Both the position numbers and the translations under genes were made by a program. A DNA stretch of 63,989 bases, the filler included, from Neolecta irregularis DAH-3 (taxonomy: Eukaryota): the NCBI GenBank assembly GCA_001929475.1. It is 11 parts of 11 records of this genome, joined end to end, with 100 filler letters (N's around TTAATTAATTAA, not from the genome) between each part and the next. Parts side by side here need not be neighbours in the genome. Positions count along the whole stretch, not along the records: positions 31,730 to 41,790 come from LXFE01004390.1; positions 41,891 to 47,434 come from LXFE01000723.1; positions 47,535 to 49,346 come from LXFE01004393.1; positions 49,447 to 51,663 come from LXFE01004396.1; 7 more parts are not named here. The stretch is one strand, 5' to 3'. Below the pieces are notes generated by a model. It had not been told where the DNA came from. It did not search any database and saw only the letters and a program-made list of their open reading frames with translations. Below, one piece after another: positions 37,773 through 49,813 of the stretch. Each line of letters opens with the position of its first letter. Position 1 is the stretch's first letter.

Positions 37773-38067
37773 TTACGCTGCGATCCTTGGCTCCGCATCC
37801 TGATCCAGCAGCCGGTGGCCCAAAGAGCGCTGGACCTTGGCCCGGAAAGACAAAAGCTGCATGTCATCCACTTTGGCCGAAGAGACTGTGAATCGCTGGT
37901 CGTCTCTCATAGCAGATCTGTCCAGTCGGTCAAGTCCGTCCGCCAACTTGTCGAGATGGTCATGCTTTTCAGACGTATTATAACTGGGAACAACAGAAGC
38001 CCGTTTCTTTTCCTTGCGGTCAACTGGGTAGCACGTTTGCTCTTACTTCTGCACAGAAAGTACTCAT
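37773..38067 (-). CDS. 86-aa protein of unknown function (34-nt intron 38046-38013); absent from ORF track
   Basis: MSTFCAE|EKKRAS...HLDKLADGLDRLD...QRF...RAKVQRSLGHRLLDQDA; GTAAGA donor; open frame to TAA. Confidence 0.75.
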
Positions 38068-38228
38068 GATTGTTTGGGCGTGGGGGGAAAAGGAATAAGC
38101 CAGCTCTTATAGGATTTCAGGGGGGTTCACGTGGATGATTAATGTTTCATCACGGCAACCTCATCTGGCTGTCGGGACAACAATATACATGTAATATTTT
38201 CATAATGCACGATGCCTGAACTTGAACT

Positions 38229-41200
38229 CTATGTATAACGCAGTTGTTGAATCCAACCCTAAAAGGTTATATTGGTGCTGCCAAATTGCGTACCTTGAAA
38301 AACTTTCGGAAATCCTTCAAGTCTAACCGAACAAGAGCTTGGATATAGTCTAGGGATAAAGACCCAGTTAGATTCATAGAGGGAAAATATATGTTGCCGA
38401 GATATTGCACATATACATCTTTATTCTTTTCAAATATTGTTTTCTGAAGACTTGCAATTTCGTTCAGCAGCTAGCTGTGAGTTGTCTGTGGGCAAAGATC
38501 TTACCAGTATTCCTTGGCCATCTCGGAGGTTAAATGATGGGGTTGTGGCAACTTGAAAGCACATTCGCGAAACATACTTGAAGACGAATTCGTCAAAACC
38601 TTGAACAGGCTGCGAATCGCTACCGCTTGACCACTTGGAGACCATTTTAGCTAGGACGCTGAAAGCCAATCGCTTGGTGGACGCATCGGCACTGTCGGAA
38701 GCGTAGTGTATAATGCTTTGAAGAAGGGTTTCGAGAAAGGAGATGTTTTCTGAGATCAACAGGGATAAACAGGGAGAATACCGGGACTGTAAAAGATTTT
38801 GTCCACGTCGTTGCTAAAGATCATTATGATGAAGGTAAGGTATGCCTTTTGTAGTTGTACTAAACCGATGCTGTCATCCGTGCCTTCAGGTGCCACTTGA
38901 AGTGCCTCCAGTACTCGCTGGAACAATGGCATGATTACAGCATTCAGCATATCACAAACCTCTGTCTAGATTATTAGAAACAGCTCGAGCTGGCCCCCAC
39001 CGTAAATCGAAAGACAAGCTGACCAAGGTATGGCAGAACATCACTCAATTCTTCAACGCCAGCATTTTCCACAAGCGCATTCAACAGTCGGGGAGTTTTC
39101 GAAAGGATCGTCAAGTCAAGTACACCGCACAATCGTGAAAATGTAAACCGAGCCTACCGTCTGAGCAACGTAAAGGACAGTGAGCATACGGCTTCGCGAA
39201 TGATACGATGTTGTTTATGGACTTGGAGAGCAGATAGTAAAGCTTCTGCAGACTCTTCAAATATCGATTCAATGCCATCTTTGTTCTTGTTTTCAGGAAA
39301 TCCTTTTGCAAAGTTCCCAAGTGACATGAAACTATGGTGTAGCTGCACGATAGCGACAGGACTAGTTGTATCCGCAGCTTTCATATCCAAGATCAAGGGC
39401 CCAACAACAGCCTGCAGTTAGCTATGATTCCGTAGCTCGCTACCTGGGTTAATATTGCCCTTTTCGAGGGAGATATGGCGTCAACGGAAACAAGGATACC
39501 AGCGGTCTCGAATAAATACAAAAGACTATCAAAGGGACCGACGTCAAGCGTGATTATTCCAGCGTCGACGTGAATTGCCTGCCGAGATATGTCGTTTGCT
39601 TTGATAACGAGCATATCCTGCATAGCGTAAAGAACGTCCTCTGCGACAATACCGATTTTTGCCCGCAAAGATTTTACAAAGCGATGGAATAAATACCAGG
39701 CTCGTGTACGCACGCGAGTCTCTGGGTGGTGAACGCCTTGGCCGCCGACTAGCGATGCTAAAAGTGACGGAATTGCGTTTGGGTAAAGTTTGAAAAAGCC
39801 GTGATAGCGAACGACGACTTCAAGGTATTGCAGCTGCACTGCGGGGTGGGGAAATGATAGTATATCTAAGATCAGAAAGTTCGGCAGGCTCGTTACCAGA
39901 CTCGATTAGATGGGTCATCATTTTCCCGAGGGCAGTTGGACCTTGGTCTGAGACGTATGTTGGATTTCCTGGGAGTGAGAGGGAACTTGCGAGGATATAC
40001 CGGGCATTGTTTCTCCAAAGTCGAACATCAGGTGGAGAATTAATTCCAAATCGCGCCAGTTTGAGTGCTTTGAAAATGATTTCAGGGGTTCGAGAACAAG
40101 GGACAGGGTGGCTTGTTCAAACAGGGCTGGGTCAATTGCACAGATGATTTCCTCAAAGTTTCGAAGCTTGCGGCGCAGTTCTTGGAACAGGGCATCCTCG
40201 TCTGAATCCGCGTCCGGGCCCCAATTTGATTCGCTGTCGTATCGCGATTTGCGCATGCTGATCTCTAACAGGAGCGGCAAGGTGGCAAGCTCATCCGAGT
40301 GCGCACAACCAGACTTTGCGTCCTTTCGCAGCTTTATCTGTAAGCGGTTGAACACGAGTAGTATTACTGATGTCAAAAAGTCTGTCAGCACGAAAAGGAC
40401 AGTTTCTGAGATGTCGTCGTATTCGGACGCCAGACATCGAAGGATGTGGGGAAACATTTCCAAAAACAAGCTGCGGGCTAGAGCCGAAGCGGATGACTGG
40501 GAGATAAGCGTGGGCGGTACCGGGAAGGGTACATCGTGCAAAACGCGGACAAGCTCTTGACCCTGGGCGTTGATGAGGCTTCCCAGGCTCTCGCCAAACT
40601 CGAGATCAGGGACGAGATCGAGCTGGCCAAAGACGGTGTTGAGATTGAGGGTCTGGATGAGGGCCAGCTTGTCCTGGGGCTTCATCTTTTTGCGAACGAT
40701 TTCTGTCAAAGCGGCTGACGTAGCAATCTGGATGTCTTTGTGGGCCAGAAAGGAGGAGATGTGAGCGACAAAGGGGCTGTTGAGGATCAGCGCCAGGTCT
40801 GTCCACGCTGGCTGTCAGCGGGGAACGGGCAGCAGACTGACCAGCCCATTTGGCGAGCACGTCGAGGCTGGCGGCGGCAATGCGGGGGTGTGTGGGGGTG
40901 TACTCGACGGCGACGTGCAGGCAGAAGGGGATGACTGTGTGGATGTCGCGGGCGCGGATGGTGTCCTTCAGCCGGTGGTTCTTGCTGAGGGCGCGGGGGG
41001 ATCTGTGGACGGCGACGTCTGCGATCTCGAGGTGGATGTCTGCGAGGACGCGGAGGACGAACTCTGTGACGAGCGGGCGCGGGGCGGGCGGGCGCAGCAG
41101 GGCGAGCAGGTCGGAGAAGAACGACGGCCATGCGGCGGGGTGCGAGTGCACGTAGAGCAGCGTGAGGGTGTGCGCGAGGCGGTTGCGCAGGACTGGCAGC

Positions 41201-41783
41201 GCATCAGCGGGCAGGCAGGGGCGGGGGGCGGGTACACGGCGGGCCGACCATGTCTGGGCCCGCAGCCGCGATCTCGGCACACAGCCAGCGGTAGAGCGCC
41301 GTTCTGGCGATGTCTATTGGGGAGAGAGCGTGGTTTAAGTCTCGGTCGTCTGGGTGTATACGGTTGCCGTCTGGATGTAAGTCTCGGTCGTCTGGGTGTA
41401 TACGGTCGCTGTCTGTATGCTCGCTTGTATGCTCGCTGTCTATACGGTCGCTGTCTATACGGTCGTCTAGACGGTCGCCGTCTGGGTGTATACGGTCGTC
41501 TATATGCCCGCTTGTATGCCCGCCGTCTCGCATCTCGCCGTCCGCCTGCAGCGCGGCTTCGACGACCTGCAGCGCAAACAGCCTCGCGGCATCGGAGCTG
41601 CAGTCAGCGCAGGCCGGGCAGCGCATACCGCCGCGGCCGGTGCATAAACAGCGCCAGGCACACGCGCAGCCCGTCTGCCGAGCGCTTGAGCTGCTCGCAG
41701 AACGCAATCGCCTGCGCCTTGACGTCCGCATCGCCCGCCGCATCCAGCGCGCACGCGACGGCCTGTTCGATCTGCGCGTCCAT
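38229..41783 (-). CDS. LOS1: Exportin-T (tRNA export receptor)
   Basis: MDAQIEQAV...KAQAIAFCEQLK, WPSFF, VRTRAWYLFHRFVK, LYLFETAG, ends DFRKFFK. Confidence 0.93.
41320..41525 (-). repeat. Minisatellite (GACCGTATACACCCAGAC-like units) inside LOS1
   Basis: Degenerate tandem units reading DRIHPD/DRIDS in frame. Confidence 0.8.
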
Positions 41784-41901
41784 CGGCGGGNNNNNNNNNN
41801 NNNNNNNNNNNNNNNNNNNNNNNNNNNNNNNNNNTTAATTAATTAANNNNNNNNNNNNNNNNNNNNNNNNNNNNNNNNNNNNNNNNNNNNCGCCTACAAG
41901 C

Positions 41902-43233
41902 TTAGATTAAGGAAATATAACCTGATCTTATTGTACCCGAGCTCCAACACTTACACGCAAAGATATTCGACGATCCTTCAATATATTGCCAGACAGTTGT
42001 CCATCTTGTTTGACCAAAAAACAGAATCCCGCAAGTTGAGCAACGTCTCGCGATTTGATGATAAAGCCAACTACTTATCGTGGCAGGCAGTGATTTTGTG
42101 ATGACTGATCTGCCATTTCCTTTGAGAGCTTGATTAATAGCTAGCGTTTGGAGACTCGTTAAATGTGTTTTCACCTCATAGCGTCTATCGAGTTCGACTT
42201 TGGTCACCGCTACTCTTTCATCGTAATTCTCGACAAAGGAGCGAAGGAAGATGTGCCCTTCGCTAGAATATTTTGCTGAACGGGGATGTTCTGGTCGAGA
42301 ATCTTGCGGGTGGACAATTGATTTGACAGTATGTACTTCCAAACGATAAGCTAGGACGGATTCGGGACCAGAATGGGCAATCATATCTCCGTTTGTATAC
42401 TGCATATAGTCGATATCCAAAGATGGATCGAGTGCAGTCGAAGGACACAATAGATGGATATATCCGGCCTGGTGGACTTCTGGAGCAACTTCTGGAGAAA
42501 GATATGGTCCTGCAAATTTTAAATCAAGGACGTGCACTACAACCATATGTTTGGACAAATATGGCTTGGGTTGATAAGGTCGAAATTCATCCAATCGACG
42601 GAAGGGGAGAGCGATCTTTCGTTCAGCGAGTTGTTGTAGAAAGGCTTTAATTTCTCCAGGTCGTAGTATCGTGGCTTCAAGCTGCTTTCGAGATTCTATG
42701 CTCATCCGTCCTATATCAGCAGCATCTCCTCTCCATTTAATCTCTCCGGAGAAACTGATTTCCATTTCCTCGACAAGTCCTGCAATACATTCAATGAAAT
42801 CGATCAAATATTGCAGCCAGAAAGAGAAATCCGCAGCTTTACATGGCTTTTGTAGTCCGATCTCGAGTTGTGTGGACTTATATCTAGATAACGATCGCGA
42901 CACGATATGATGACAATCTAGATGGTCAAGACTTCCACAACATCCTCCTGTATGATTATGAGCTGTGACCTGGAACCCAGAGCATGGCGCAGTAAAAGGT
43001 TTAAGAGGGATTTCTGACGGGCGGGATATACTCCGCAAAGAATCCAGTTCGAGGAGCGTGGGTATGGTCGACCTGGTAACAATCGGATCCGCTGAGCTAT
43101 CTCGTGTAAAGAGTTCGTTACAATAATTAACCAGCATGTCACTAAGACGAGGAACGATTCGGATGGAACCTTTGAAAGTAGTCCTAGTAGACGACATGGT
43201 CATGAATGGCTCTGACGTGGCAGGCGATTGCAT
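41902..43233 (-). CDS. Hypothetical protein (443-aa open frame; true start uncertain)
   Basis: Long ORF; C-terminal SLQTLA...LPATISSWL...CSTC motif. Confidence 0.6.
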   Translation of the reverse strand: MQSPATSEPFMTMSSTRTTFKGSIRIVPRLSDMLVNYCNELFTRDSSADPIVTRSTIPTLLELDSLRSISRPSEIPLKPFTAPCSGFQVTAHNHTGGCCGSLDHLDCHHIVSRSLSRYKSTQLEIGLQKPCKAADFSFWLQYLIDFIECIAGLVEEMEISFSGEIKWRGDAADIGRMSIESRKQLEATILRPGEIKAFLQQLAERKIALPFRRLDEFRPYQPKPYLSKHMVVVHVLDLKFAGPYLSPEVAPEVHQAGYIHLLCPSTALDPSLDIDYMQYTNGDMIAHSGPESVLAYRLEVHTVKSIVHPQDSRPEHPRSAKYSSEGHIFLRSFVENYDERVAVTKVELDRRYEVKTHLTSLQTLAINQALKGNGRSVITKSLPATISSWLYHQIARRCSTCGILFFGQTRWTTVWQYIEGSSNIFACKCWSSGTIRSGYISLI

Positions 43234-43836
43234 GAATAGTTCTCTGAACTATATTCTAGTGGCAAATGTTTATGCTGATTCGTTGGCTTCTCGTTCTTGT
43301 TAGCGAAAGCGCTCACTAGGGGGATTTTTCTCTGGGTTGTAAGGTGAAGATAAGGTATTCTAAGACTTGGAAAAGGCGAGAAGGCAGAATATATAGGTAG
43401 TAGCAAGCGTATCGAGCGACAGGCGAAACTCCCCGGTATGAAACGTGGTGAAAGATTGAATGAAAGATGGACTAGAAGCCACAGATGACCTTTGGGTATT
43501 TCTTGTTCCTTTAAACGAAAAAGACATGATTTTAAAAGCTTTGCCATCTTCAAGAAGAAGTTTAGCAAAGAAAATGACATGTCGGATATTGCTGGAGCAA
43601 GATTTGACATGGGTCAAAGCAAGGCATCTCAAACGTGAACTAAATTGTGAGTTTTGTAATGTCAGTTCGACATCTCGCAGCTAAAGATACAATGAGTATT
43701 TCATGGCACCGTAAACGAGTAGATTCAATGGGTAAGTATGATTGGAGCGTGGTGGTGCTTTCTATGTAAGCACCGGGCTTTAGGCCGACAGGATGTCAAT
43801 AACTGCTTCTAAAATTGGGTTTTAGTATGTTGACGA

Positions 43837-44835
43837 CTAAACGCTCCCCTTTCTTCCCTCCCCAAGCGGAATATCGGATTTGGCTTTGTCCGCCATTTTC
43901 CTGACTTTGTCAAGCTTCTTAATGTATTCTTCCAATACAATTCCTGCAAACACCATTCCAACTGCCATCCACTGTCCAAAGCTTAACCGATGTCCAAACC
44001 AAAAGACACTTAGAACCATCGTTCCTAGCTTGCGAGTCACCGTAACAGTCACAAGCGACACCGATCCATAGTTCTCCAATGTGTAAAAGATGAAGATTTG
44101 TCCGATCGCCCCGCAGAGTCCAAACAGCAAAATATATTGAATGATAGCCGGATGAGCTTGAATGAACGAGACTGCTGATGAAAACTCTGAAATAAACGGA
44201 TTTAGGGATAAATAAGCACAATGAAGAATCACTGACATGAAATTCATACTGAACATCATTTGCTGACCCGTGACTTTATACTCTTGGAAGATATGATCTT
44301 GCGAGGAATTCGTTGAGCCATCCATAATTAGATTGAGAGCCAAGAGCGATAAACCCCATAGACTGCTTGCAGAGGCACCTTTTCCGTCCTTCTTGGGATG
44401 CAGAAACATAAACAACGAAACACCAGTCGTAATAATCGCAACACTGAGATATTTGAACCATTGAAATTTCCTTCGATAAAGAACCCAATGCATTAACATG
44501 ACCGGGATTAACTTGCAACTCTTGCCGAGGATCATCGTGGGATAATCGATATGACGAAGACTTTGGTACCCACAAATCGGAGCAATCGCATGGACAGTTG
44601 CAGTCACGATGTATTTTCTGATCAAAGGTCTCGAATACCTTCCCAGCCCGACTCGTCGAATTTTCAAATATACGAAAGAGACAACGCATGCGCAAAGGGA
44701 TTGTATTAAATTCAGGAATACGAAATGTTTGAACCTAGATCCATCGAAGGTTGTGGATGTTAAACGTTCCTGTACAACGCCCCATGTAAGAAAGCATGTG
44801 TAGATCCCAATTACACAAATCGAGAAGCGGAGCAT
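43837..44835 (-). CDS. HUT1: UDP-galactose transporter homolog (SLC35B1-type), intronless
   Basis: GIYTCFLTWGVVQER, IDYPTMILGKSCKLIPVM, GAIGQIFIF, VTVTRK. Confidence 0.95.
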   Translation of the reverse strand: MLRFSICVIGIYTCFLTWGVVQERLTSTTFDGSRFKHFVFLNLIQSLCACVVSFVYLKIRRVGLGRYSRPLIRKYIVTATVHAIAPICGYQSLRHIDYPTMILGKSCKLIPVMLMHWVLYRRKFQWFKYLSVAIITTGVSLFMFLHPKKDGKGASASSLWGLSLLALNLIMDGSTNSSQDHIFQEYKVTGQQMMFSMNFMSVILHCAYLSLNPFISEFSSAVSFIQAHPAIIQYILLFGLCGAIGQIFIFYTLENYGSVSLVTVTVTRKLGTMVLSVFWFGHRLSFGQWMAVGMVFAGIVLEEYIKKLDKVRKMADKAKSDIPLGEGRKGSV

Positions 44836-45163
44836 TGTGTTCCTGCTGATTCCAGGAGACTAAATAATACTTGGATTCGCCAAGTTACGTGTCAGCAAGA
44901 CCTGATCCTTTGGACAAATAGAAACGAATAAAGCTCTAGTATAACTCTGCGACTTGTACTGTCCAAAAGAAGGGATGCTGGAAACTGAAGCACTATTCCT
45001 TTGACAAATAAAGTGGCTTGGATGGAATAATAAAGCTGGCGGCCAATGCTTTGTCGCAGTGCGAAATGCCTATTTAAAAGGAATATACCTAAGGTTTCAC
45101 ATCAAGAATTTATTCTAGAAAAGAATATTCAATTCTAAAGGTATTTTCAGTCTATGTATAGAT

Positions 45164-47209
45164 TTATAAAAAGTATTCTAAATCCATTTCAAGACTCGAA
45201 CAGGGATATGTCAGCTCAAACTTCTCAAGAACTTCTGGATGAAGAATACCGAAATTTCCAATCTGCATAGCTCCGTTCTCATTGCGAAGGTGAACTGTAG
45301 CCGCACGACCGGGAAAATAAGTGTCATCTGCACCAATCAGAACGATAAAGCTGAGGAACTATACTAGAAACTGGTTCAATCCAGTATCCATAATCGGAAC
45401 AGTCCTTGGAAAGGAACTTTTCGCCCAGCATTGCCATAACTCGATCCAAAAGTCCATGAATATGTTCAAAGCCGCTGGTTTTTCCACACCAAACAGCGCC
45501 AAACCTCCGAACATTCCTCGCTCTCCGTTCTACGTTTTCATCTTGAAGTACGACATCACTGACTTCGAAGACTTTGAGTGGCTTAACTCGTTCCTTGTTC
45601 TCTCTAATAGTTTTCAGCATCCCGGGGAGGAGACTAGTTCTAACGACTTGATACTCCCAGGTCTTGGGATTGGCGAGCTTCACGGCTTGCCCGTGGTCCT
45701 TTCTTTTGAGGTTATCGAAATTCTCTGCATGAGAACATAGGATTAAAGGCATGACTTCCGTCCATCCTACCAAGGCAGCTTCAAGTCGAACGATATCGGA
45801 AAGCTTATTGATGGGCAAAGGCTGGCCCACAGTAGCGGATTTGTCTGGGAATGTTCGATTGAGTTTATTGTATCCGTAAGCAATTGCTACATCTTCCATG
45901 ACATCGCATTGATGTAAGATATCTGCACGAGTCAACGGGATTTGAACCTCCAGCATATCGCTCCCATATGGTTTGGCTTGGAGTGACATTTTGGATAACA
46001 AGCCGCACATATCTGTAGCAGAGAGGGATATTCCGCAGCAGGAATTGACATAGTTGATTTCTACGGGCATTATATGCGGACGAATATTCGGGGATATTCG
46101 GGAGGAATTGTTATGCTTGGAGATGATTTCAATGGGTTCGATTCTGCATGCAATAAGTAAATGCTGCTGGCAGTTACAACCCACCTGAATGGGTCCTCGC
46201 AGTAGCCAGCAAACATCGAGACCATGATATTGATTACGATTTCCAACTTTGTTTGGTCGGTCGCAGTACATTCAATAAGGACGTCTTTTGTGTTGATAGT
46301 AATTTTGCTCAGGTCTCCATTAATAATGGGTGGTAGTGAGCAGACTCGACGATCTGCGTCATAGATAACAGGGTAAACCTCAAAATCTCGGACTAAATGC
46401 AAGAATTTTCCCAAATGTAAGTCGTTCTGTGCTATTAGATGGGTAGATTTTGATAAAGCGGTCATGCCTTGTAAAACTCCATCAACTCGGAGCCGTCCAT
46501 TTCTTTCGTCTGGTTTAACGGGACGAATTTAATGTCCGCAGGATGCAAAGCCTCGTAGCTAAATGGTCCCTTGATGGTGCTTAAATCGTGTGTTCCGATA
46601 GCAACGAGACTTCGATTTCGAGCAAGGTTAGAATGAAGTTTATCTTGAAGAGCTATGAAGCTCGCGTATCGTCTCTCTGTAAAGGTTATGCCTCTGAGGA
46701 CTGCAGCAGCGGCATAGGGGCGGATTGCGGCAGTCTAGAGATGAGCCTTGCCATTGAAGCAGATGGACAAACGGACTGGTGGATAATGAGCTGTAGGGGC
46801 TTTTCTTTTGGCTCTGTGAAAGTATAATCTGCAGGCTTTTCTCGCCCGACAAAGGTGTTGAGAGCTCTTGCTATCCCTTCAAAGCACAAGAGGTCGTACC
46901 TGGAAAATAAGCGGATGGAAAAAAGATGGAGTGGTACCGGTTGGCAGGAACTTCGATCTTCAGGGCCGGTCTTTCGGGCAATCCTTTCGTTGCAGGGTCT
47001 GCCAACGATGTCTGGAAGGCTCAGATAGTGCTGACTGGTGAGCGGGGCATACATCCTGGTCCAGTTCGATACCAAAGTCGAAACACAGCTCCTCGAACTC
47101 TGCGGTTGCTTGCAAAGGTCAGCTGCAGCAGACAGACGGCAGCAAACACACAATACTGCTTTCCGAGAGCGCTGTAGAGGTCTGCCTTGTCAACCGAGAC
47201 GGTAGGCAT
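45164..47209 (-). CDS. FRS1: Cytosolic phenylalanyl-tRNA synthetase beta subunit
   Basis: [60 protein letters not shown]. Confidence 0.97.
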
Positions 47210-48399
47210 TGGACGGCAGAGGGAGTGGGAGGAAGAAGGAAAACAGGTCTGGGGTGGTAGTATACATATATGCCTACAGCTGCGATTTGCTATATACTCA
47301 AACACACCACCACGATGGCCGGTCCAGAATACATACAACACCGTAGGACAGAGCGTGGGAGTGGAGTGCGGGTTGCGGTACTGCTACAGAGCTTGAGTCG
47401 CGCTGCTGCTCCCCACTACGCCCGCCCGCCCGCCNNNNNNNNNNNNNNNNNNNNNNNNNNNNNNNNNNNNNNNNNNNNTTAATTAATTAANNNNNNNNNN
47501 NNNNNNNNNNNNNNNNNNNNNNNNNNNNNNNNNNGCTTCTCTTCCTATCCTACTCTCCAGCAACCTATCCTAGCAACATATCCTATTCTCCAGCAGCCTA
47601 TAGCAACCTGTCCTAGTTCAAGGACGCAAGTCGGGGCATCCCGCTAAACCCCCGGGATTCGTCGTCCGCCGCCATTCGCGGCTTGGCGCCTCATCTCAAG
47701 TCTCCCGGTTTTCCTCAAAAAACTCTAGTGCTTCGACTCAATGTGGGAATTTCCAGGGGAAGAGACACACAAACAAAATGGCGCCTTGTTTACTTTTGCC
47801 TGTGCTTTGGGTCGCATACCCCGGCCACTCTTTCAGACAGCCGAACAAACTGCCTGCTAATCATCATCCTGCAGGTAAAAAAAGAAAAGATAGCAGACTT
47901 AGGAGACGCCGCGTACCCTCAAAAGCTAATTCCTGGCCCAGTTAATCCCAATTAGACCCTTCCGTAGCTCATAATACTAATTTCTCACTTGAGACGCCTC
48001 AAACGGTCGATCAAAATTAGAATATCATTTTAAGCTATTTACCAAAACATTTCTTCTTGTTCTTTTTCCTTTTCTTTTTGCCGGAATTACGCCGTTCTTG
48101 CAGAGATTGTTCTACAGAAACAGGACGTTCGGTATAGGAAGCAGGATCAGAATATCCACCCGCTTGTCGAACGGCGTCTCGGAGATACCCACCCCCGCAC
48201 GCACTCAAATCTGAATCAAACCCTGAAGTTTTAGCTGCTAGTAATTATCGCGCACATCCATGCTATCCTCTTTAATTATTTTATCCCTTGTCGCCAAGGC
48301 TGTCACAATTATCCGGCGTTAATCCAAAAATTATTCTCGCGGCTGTATCCTGTTCCACCACTATTACTCTTACGTTATTATTACGAGACCACACTCGGC

Positions 48400-49250
48400 T
48401 TTGAAACAAGACATTTACATAATATCCTCTCGAATAGATTTGAAAGAACGTCACGAAATTGATAGTTATTCATAAATATCACCAACTACATTGTTAAATA
48501 ATTTGTAGATTGTATAATAATTCTGTCATGTTCTCCTGCTATAAAATTTATATATGAATATATCTTGGAGAGATATATGGAGTATATTCTATATTCTTGT
48601 TTCTAGAACCTGGTATATAATATCTTACTATACTACTATCCTATTAACCTTTAGAATATAAACCTATATCTTGGAGTGTGAGATAATTAATATAAAAGAT
48701 TAATATTATAACTTGGTCTATATAGTTTATTATATTAGAGTAAAATAATAATTTCTGCATTTTCTTCATTTATACCACTAAAAACTCCCTAATACTGATT
48801 TGTTCCTGACGCTAAACTTTGTTTTATAATTTATACTACTCGTTAGTGAGACGTAGTCCTAGAAAATGCCTGGTACTATTTTTATGTACCTGACTAAAAT
48901 TTCCACTAATCAAGTAAATTTCGATCAATTGAACTAGTAATATGAAATATATCCCATATTCAATAGTAAAAACTATACCAAAAAAGTATATATATCAATT
49001 CATTCTAAACTAGTATTATAAACTAGTTTATTATTATAAAAATATATTTACAAGTTGTATATATTTTAATATAATTATAAAACGAGATATAAGAATTATA
49101 TATAATATTATTTTTAAATACTGTTCTAAAATTATATATCTTTAAATATATTTATTTAATATAAATAGAAAATTTATAATATTCAACAAAATTAACAAAA
49201 TATTAATACAGTATTATGTAAGGATTGACTAGCTAGGTGTGTAGCTCAAT
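48400..49250. other. Very AT/TpA-rich, ORF-free tract; possibly a decayed repeat
   Basis: Composition visible by eye; no recognisable domain. Confidence 0.5.
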
Positions 49251-49813
49251 TTGATGGATACATATATAGTTACATGCCAAGGCATGTGATACTGCACCCC
49301 TTTCATGTATATATAGAGTAGACCATAGATGATAGTTCCTTGCCTTNNNNNNNNNNNNNNNNNNNNNNNNNNNNNNNNNNNNNNNNNNNNTTAATTAATT
49401 AANNNNNNNNNNNNNNNNNNNNNNNNNNNNNNNNNNNNNNNNNNNNAGCGCGTGTATGCGGCTTTTAATTTCGAGGTAGTCTGATTAGATGGGTGGAAAA
49501 AGGGGATACCTCGGACGGCGGTGTAGAGCAGGTGCAGCGTTGGTTCTGAATCCCGTCCCTTCCCAGAACAGACCATCGGAGAGATTCAATCGAAATGACC
49601 ATTGTTGGATTCAAATCACAAGGTGAAACTAATGGTGGCTATCAAGCCAAATGATCGTTGTAGGGTGATTGAAAGGTCAGCTCATTCTGGACTGCCATGT
49701 AGATTGCCCGTTATAACTAGCAGTCTTACCAGTAATAATCTGCAAACAATAAAGTCTCCTAGTGAAAAAAGAAAACGACTCTGAACATACAAATATACCA
49801 AAATAAACCTCAT

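Noticed and set aside
40780..41846. Long antisense/alternative-frame ORFs in GC-rich regions (also 31070-32999, 61109-62114)
   Set aside because: Expected from stop-codon scarcity at high GC; they overlap recognisable genes
49235..49300. tRNA-like start GGTGTGTAGCTCAATTTG with matching GCACCC end
   Set aside because: No TTC T-loop or proper cloverleaf; too short
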